This document shows, in pieces, positions 58,222 to 64,000 of a DNA stretch of 64,000 nt. The DNA comes from Histomonas meleagridis 2922-C6/04-290x (taxonomy: Eukaryota; Protista; Parabasalia). How positions within the stretch are numbered: position 1 is the stretch's first letter; every line of letters begins with the position of its first letter. The stretch spans positions 372,001 to 436,000 of the forward strand of contig JAANOX010000153.1 in assembly GCA_020184695.1 (NCBI GenBank), in the 5' to 3' direction. Below the pieces are notes generated by a model. It made no database searches and was not told the DNA's origin. It was given only the letters and a program-made list of their open reading frames with translations. Position numbers and translations under genes: made by a program.

Positions 58222-58899
58222 TTATTGTTTTTTTAAATTGTTCTTGGATGGTTGCTGTTTGCTAAACAAAAAGGCCAAGAAACAACCAATATATGAAGCA
58301 ATGGCACTTGCAAGTTGTGAATTATGAGAATTGGAAAATGAAATACCAATATAACCAAAGAGTAAAATTAAACTCAAAATTCTTCTAATTGCAATTTCAA
58401 GTTTTGATTCATGACGAAAACAAACAATACCAATTGGAATTGCTATGACAAAACATATAATGAACTTATAATTGTAGTAATACATAGCTGTAAGATAAAC
58501 CATGATACCAAAGAGAGATCCATATGAAAGATTTTTCTTTGATACAAACACAGGGAAAACAGAAAATATTCCAATAGATATGAACGAGAAGGTAAATATT
58601 ACTGATGTTATCTTGTGATGTTTAATTAATCCCATTGTTAAAATGCATGCATTAAATGGAAGAATGGTAATTAACAAAGTATACTTATTAACTCTCTGTC
58701 TAGCAGTTGGATGTATTGTTCTATACTCGCAAGCAACTCGAGGGAAAAATTCAATAATGAGATAAGATGATATTGCAAGAATTAATGGTTCAATGAATAT
58801 ACAAGTTTTTGTGTAAAGTTCGAATAAAGGGTGTGATTGAATTGAGTATATCATCCCTTTTATATAAACGATTGGGATAAACCTTTTTACATATTCCAT
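58222..58899 (-). CDS. Hypothetical multi-pass membrane protein
   Basis: 225-aa ORF with ~6-7 hydrophobic segments. Confidence 0.65.
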   Translation of the reverse strand: MEYVKRFIPIVYIKGMIYSIQSHPLFELYTKTCIFIEPLILAISSYLIIEFFPRVACEYRTIHPTARQRVNKYTLLITILPFNACILTMGLIKHHKITSVIFTFSFISIGIFSVFPVFVSKKNLSYGSLFGIMVYLTAMYYYNYKFIICFVIAIPIGIVCFRHESKLEIAIRRILSLILLFGYIGISFSNSHNSQLASAIASYIGCFLAFLFSKQQPSKNNLKKQ

Positions 58900-59105
58900 T
58901 TCTGTTTGAGATGTAACTCAATCAATTTTATAAAATGGCGCCAAATTTAATAAACGAATTCTTAAACGGTTCCCTATTTAAAACCGATAATTTTGGTTTG
59001 GCTAAAAAAACACAAGAAAGCTTAACCCAAATTAACGCTTAGTGCAAACACTATAAATATATTTTATATGCAAAACCATGTAGTTGAGTTGAGGGGAAAT
59101 GTTGT

Positions 59106-59849
59106 TTATTCATAAAGAATTTCCTCAAAACGTAATGGATCAAGTTGCGCAAAAATTTCAGCTTCATTCTTTTCACCATCTTTAGGTTTCCCACGAAGCA
59201 CAGGGAGGAGTGGCCAAGAATCAATTTTTAGTATTGCTTTTTTAAATTTTTCAATCCATTCAACTTCTTTATCAACAGTGCCAGGTTTATTTGCAGTGAA
59301 ATATCCCATCGATCTTGTACATTCAATCCCACAGTAGCGCAATCCATAGGTTGTTGAGTATAGCAATGATTCAAGTGGTGAATAACCACTTGAAAGAAAA
59401 TGTGATTCGGAACCCGCAGTAGTTATAATGAACGACGCTTTTTTACCTTTTAATAGCCCATTATCCATTGTATTAGAATTAGCGAATCCAAATTCTAATG
59501 TAAAACAGCGATCTATCCAAGCATAAAGGCATGCAGGAAAGCGGTAAAAAAACATAGCACCAAAAACAATAACATGATCACACCATTTAATAAGTTCTTG
59601 TTGCCTTCTAATTTCATCACATAAATTCTCAACAGGCAACTGACATCTTATGTAATTAAATTTATTTCGATCAGGTATTGTTTTAAAGTCATTCATTGTT
59701 GCAACTCGATCAAATCCTTCTGAAATAAGATCAGTTATTTTAACCTCATGATTAGCTGTCAATAATGACTCCTTAGCACAGTTAGCTATTCTGTATGCTG
59801 TTGCATTCTTATTTGGGTCACAATGAGCTATGATGATGAGATATTTCAT
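59106..59849 (-). CDS. NAD(P)H:quinone oxidoreductase, flavodoxin-like fold (MdaB/KefF type)
   Basis: IIAHCD, ITDL, EIRRQQELIKWCDHVIV, FYRFPACLYAWIDR, LLKGKKA...TTAG; TCACTTCACTT Inr-like motif upstream. Confidence 0.88.
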   Translation of the reverse strand: MKYLIIIAHCDPNKNATAYRIANCAKESLLTANHEVKITDLISEGFDRVATMNDFKTIPDRNKFNYIRCQLPVENLCDEIRRQQELIKWCDHVIVFGAMFFYRFPACLYAWIDRCFTLEFGFANSNTMDNGLLKGKKASFIITTAGSESHFLSSGYSPLESLLYSTTYGLRYCGIECTRSMGYFTANKPGTVDKEVEWIEKFKKAILKIDSWPLLPVLRGKPKDGEKNEAEIFAQLDPLRFEEILYE

Positions 59850-60070
59850 TTTCAAAAGTGAAGTGAGATAGTTTACATATACGGGGCACCCCTGACTTTT
59901 GAGTCATCAGCCTTCGACTTTTTGAATGGAAAACTCCCTCTTTCCTTCAAATTTTTCGGTTTCTAAAGCAAAAATTTTATGTTTTTTATGCTGTCAAATT
60001 GCACCGTGTTAAAACGCTCAAAGTGTTTTCACACATAGAAATTTTTATATATATTATGAAAAGTTATAAC

Positions 60071-62260
60071 TTATTCTATATTTTTATTATGAACTTCTTG
60101 TCTTTTTTGAGACATTGCCAAGAAGAAATTCTTTGCTTGATCGATTGAGTCATCTACGCTTTGGTTAATTTGTTTCATATTATTCGATATCCAAGTTGGC
60201 ATTACAGATCTTGCGTCGTCGGCGACTTCTTTATATTTCATATCAGCGAATACTATCATTGTATAGTCCTCTTTGGAACATAACAATCCAGAAGTACAAT
60301 GCGAAGCAATTCTCATTGAATTAAACAAATGAAATTCTTCTTTTGGAATTTGGAACTTTTGATCCAGAAATTCCGCTCTTCTATTTACTGACAAATCGAT
60401 GTTTTGAGGCTCAGGAAATCCGAACAAAACGCAAGCTCTTCCATAAGCTCCTGGGAACTGCGTACTTTTCGTGATATTTCCATCAGCTACAGCGAATAAT
60501 ACTGCGCCGTAACCATTATCTATTGCATGTTTAAAGTCGTCTACGATTAAAGATGACTTTTTACGATCTAAAGTTTCGATGAACAATAGTTTATAATCCA
60601 AAATAGTTTGAAGAATACCAAACTTATTCCAAAACCCAATAATTTCTTGTAAGAATGGCATTGAAGGAAAGTAACCAATGATTCCATCAGGTACAACCTT
60701 ACAAAGTTCGACTATAAGTTTTCCATAATTATTTACTCCGTTAAGGTTTTTATTCAGAGAAATTGTAGACGTAAGTTTTATTTGATCTGTACCACGCGAA
60801 ATTATTAATGGTAAATGAATACTTCGATAGTTAGTAATGGAATAATTTACCATTGATATCGGTTCAAAGTTTAATATTTGTGAATATATTGTTAATGGTG
60901 AAATACATTCGCCTGCTAACACAATGCGTTTAAATTGTAATATTTGTGAAAACGCTAATGATGCATCTAAACATTTTAATTGTAATGTTTTATAATCTTC
61001 GCTTTTACATTTTGTGACATCATCAGTATAATTCGGATTAACAACATCATAAATTATTGAGATATTATCTTCATATGTTGAAAGTACAGCTAAAAAATCT
61101 AAAAATGAAAAAAGATATATATAATTTGTCAAATCTGTTAAACATTCATTAATAAATAAATATGAAAGTCGCGTAGTCATAAAATGTAACATTTCGGGTT
61201 CAATAAAAATTTTTTCGGTAATTTCAGATAACATTTGTGTAGATGTATATTTCTCATTATCTGTTTTCTTGAAAATATCATTAAAATAATGTAACAAATT
61301 ATGGATCTTAGAAAAAAAGATTTCGGGTTTTCGTAATGAACCTGGAATATAACGATGTGATTGATGTTCTCTTAAAACAGGATGGATAAAAACGTTTGTG
61401 TTCTTAGGTGACATCTGTTCAACATCATTAATATGAAGTCCTTCTTTAAGTTTTAAATATGCTTCGTTAAGTTTTTCGGCTTCCCTCTCTTGCGACCGTT
61501 TAAATATGTCTTTGATGGATTTAAATGCTTTGGCAGCGCGATTAAGGATATCTTTGTTAAGATAATAGCTCATTGATGAACAACAAATATCATCAATCGT
61601 ATTGATGTCATCAAATGCGATTATAGATGTGATTGGTAAAAGATCTCGTAAAAAAGCACCTTCACGGGGATGAATAAGATCTTCAACAGAACATATAATA
61701 ACTTTACATTGTTGACATAAACGTCGCATTGTAAAATATGGACAACAACCATTTTCTTTGCAAAATTGAATGGTTTCTTGAACATCAAGAACTTGATTAG
61801 GAAGAGTGGGTGGTGTATTTTCATAGAATGGACATATTTCTTCTGACCATGGAAAAGTCATTTTGGTACACTCAAGTGGAATATTATTTGTAATTTTTGG
61901 ATTAATACATGCTGTTGTCTTTGGTAAAAATGCTGAAGCTTTGAACTCTGTGTCAAATTCGGTAGGTGCCATTTGAAGTCTGGCGTTGTGTACAATTTTA
62001 AGATTTTTTAATGCTTGATCTGCTGCATTAACAGAATTTACACAATAAACAAAAGGACCTGCATTCGGATGTTCTGCCATATAAGCAAGTGTTAAAGAAA
62101 ATATAGAGATTGTTTGTCCTAGACCTGGTGGTAATTCAAGTAAACAAGGACCTGATGCATCATACGAAAGTTTTATTTGTCCCATGTATTCCTCTTGTTC
62201 TGGGTAAAAATTTGGAAAAGGAAATATCACATTTAAATCATAAATCTTTATTACAGACAT
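60071..62260 (-). CDS. XPD/Rad3-like protein with degenerate ATPase motifs
   Basis: FPF..YPEQ..YM N-terminus, Fe-S cysteines, VVPDGII.YFPS, EGI-like region and FADM. Walker A reads GLGQT and DEAH reads DDIN. Confidence 0.8.
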   Translation of the reverse strand: MSVIKIYDLNVIFPFPNFYPEQEEYMGQIKLSYDASGPCLLELPPGLGQTISIFSLTLAYMAEHPNAGPFVYCVNSVNAADQALKNLKIVHNARLQMAPTEFDTEFKASAFLPKTTACINPKITNNIPLECTKMTFPWSEEICPFYENTPPTLPNQVLDVQETIQFCKENGCCPYFTMRRLCQQCKVIICSVEDLIHPREGAFLRDLLPITSIIAFDDINTIDDICCSSMSYYLNKDILNRAAKAFKSIKDIFKRSQEREAEKLNEAYLKLKEGLHINDVEQMSPKNTNVFIHPVLREHQSHRYIPGSLRKPEIFFSKIHNLLHYFNDIFKKTDNEKYTSTQMLSEITEKIFIEPEMLHFMTTRLSYLFINECLTDLTNYIYLFSFLDFLAVLSTYEDNISIIYDVVNPNYTDDVTKCKSEDYKTLQLKCLDASLAFSQILQFKRIVLAGECISPLTIYSQILNFEPISMVNYSITNYRSIHLPLIISRGTDQIKLTSTISLNKNLNGVNNYGKLIVELCKVVPDGIIGYFPSMPFLQEIIGFWNKFGILQTILDYKLLFIETLDRKKSSLIVDDFKHAIDNGYGAVLFAVADGNITKSTQFPGAYGRACVLFGFPEPQNIDLSVNRRAEFLDQKFQIPKEEFHLFNSMRIASHCTSGLLCSKEDYTMIVFADMKYKEVADDARSVMPTWISNNMKQINQSVDDSIDQAKNFFLAMSQKRQEVHNKNIE

Positions 62261-62641
62261 TGTTTCTGAAATGTTATGTGAAAAATTATAAACTTGAAAT
62301 AAATTGATTTAAAAACGTGTTATAATTTAAGAAAATATATTTATTATTATACATTATGAATGTTCTCCCTTATACATTGTATGTTTTTAAGGAAAAAAGT
62401 TGTTGTTATAGTAGTATGTTAAGAAAAATTAAATGCAATGATTTATTTTTTTTTTTTTCAAAATCTATGGAAGATAAATGAAAAAGGTATTGATTAAACG
62501 AATTTATTTTATTGAAAAACTATAATAACAAAGAATATAAGAAAACATTTGAACATTTATAAATAAACGGTCAGGTGCTCAGTTGAACGCAGCTGCGTTG
62601 TAAATTAAGTGAAAAAATTTGCATATGCTGTGAATTGCTAA

Positions 62642-63811
62642 ATGCTGCTGATTTTTACCTTACTCTCTTTTGATCAGACATTTTGTGAGCCTCCGTATCC
62701 TTCATACAAAGATAGGGATAACTCTGACCTAATTCAAGTACACTTAGTTTCAAGACATGGAGCTCGAACACCATTACATATACCAAAAAAAATATCAAAT
62801 TTATGGAAATGTGTCAATGCAGAATTCAAATCTTTCCAGTTAAATAATTCTGTTCACATTTCCAATTCGTATGGCAAATCTCTTTTTCTTGGAAATTGTC
62901 AATTTGGTCAATTAATCGGAAAAGGTGCTGATGCACTCCAACGGCTTGGGGAACATATCAGAAAAATATACATAAATCAACTAAAATTTCTTCCTACCAA
63001 TTATAATCCCTCTGTTATTAAATTTCGATCAACATACACACTAAGAACATTACATTCACAAATGAATTTTGCCAATGGACTTTATCCCAACCATGGTCCT
63101 CTTGTTATAAACACAGCCGATAAAAACTATGATCCATGGCGTCGAGCATCAGCAATATGTCCTAATCTTCAAGAACGGATGGAAGAATTAAAGAAACCAA
63201 GTTATCTTAGTTCCATTGGTCTTTACAACGAGACACTTACTAAGATCATGACTGATGCATATGGAACCAAATGGGAACATATTAATGATGCAGCCACTTC
63301 AGCTAGATGCCAAGGCTTTAAGCTCCCTCCTAACATTACACATAAGCTAATTGATGCTGCTGTTCACCTTAGAACACAGCAAATGCTTTATGTTTATCGG
63401 CACGAATCGGTTTATCCGTTATTTTTCAGTTTTTCAGCTGCTGAAATGTTAAATGAAATGATTTCACGAGTGAATGGTGAGTCGTTAATCAAGTTTTTTC
63501 ATTGGTCAGCACATGATGGGAATATCCTTGCTTTCTTAGGGTATCTTGGATGTGAAATAACGCAATGGCCACCTTATGGATCTTATATAATAGTTGAGCT
63601 TAGGAAATCTAGAAATAATAAGGATTATTTCTTACAGTTTAGATATAATGGGAAACTTATGAAAATGCCAAGGTTCAGTGGCGTAAAGAGTGTTCCTTTC
63701 GACATGTTTAGGAAATTTGTCGAAATGAAGATTCCAGATATGAAAGAAAACTGCGGATTTAATGAGCTCAATTTTGCAAAGTTGGATGTCTCACTTCCAG
63801 AAGCAATTTAA
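62642..63811 (+). CDS. Histidine acid phosphatase, secreted/lysosomal type
   Basis: Signal peptide, SRHGARTP, RTLHS, AHD, PPYGS. Confidence 0.92.
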   Translation: MLLIFTLLSFDQTFCEPPYPSYKDRDNSDLIQVHLVSRHGARTPLHIPKKISNLWKCVNAEFKSFQLNNSVHISNSYGKSLFLGNCQFGQLIGKGADALQRLGEHIRKIYINQLKFLPTNYNPSVIKFRSTYTLRTLHSQMNFANGLYPNHGPLVINTADKNYDPWRRASAICPNLQERMEELKKPSYLSSIGLYNETLTKIMTDAYGTKWEHINDAATSARCQGFKLPPNITHKLIDAAVHLRTQQMLYVYRHESVYPLFFSFSAAEMLNEMISRVNGESLIKFFHWSAHDGNILAFLGYLGCEITQWPPYGSYIIVELRKSRNNKDYFLQFRYNGKLMKMPRFSGVKSVPFDMFRKFVEMKIPDMKENCGFNELNFAKLDVSLPEAI

Positions 63812-64000
63812 TGTTTTTATTTTGTAAATATTAATATAAAGATAATAAATTTTTAAATCTTTATTTGCATAATCGTTTATTTATATGGAAAACATATATA
63901 ATAATATCAAAAATTTTATCTTTTAAAGTACTTAATTTATTCCGTCCACGGACTGAAGTAGTTACTATTTTGGTGAAACGTTTTACTTTTGCTAGAGTAA

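Overview
Gene-dense, very AT-rich, essentially intron-free eukaryotic DNA with the hallmarks of a parabasalid (Tritrichomonas/Histomonas/Trichomonas-like): Inr-like TCA(C/T)T just upstream of ATGs, CCTTT before ribosomal-protein starts, bacterial-type class II aldolase, BspA surface protein and DUF3447-like/ankyrin genes. The genetic code is standard. Housekeeping genes include H2A, INO1, RPL31, RPL22, DDX54, FBA, SmD3, RUVBL2, a PPP phosphatase, a USP, NOT2/3/5 and tRNA-Glu. There are also surface proteins with bacterial-looking domains, several pseudogenes and a degenerate Tc1 transposon. The outstanding signal is at 48264-53523: an ankyrin-repeat gene whose 22 ankyrin modules are each preceded by an AT-rich, frame-breaking spacer. 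The spacers are exactly 80 nt in 19 of 22 cases (170-bp period), lack invariant GT-AG/branch motifs and fold into a conserved hairpin with apparent compensatory changes. 21 of 22 modules stay open. Detached relics of the same architecture occur at 40395-40564 and 15176-15670. This points to an uncharacterised RNA-processing, recoding or cassette-assembly system; the mechanism cannot be determined from sequence alone.
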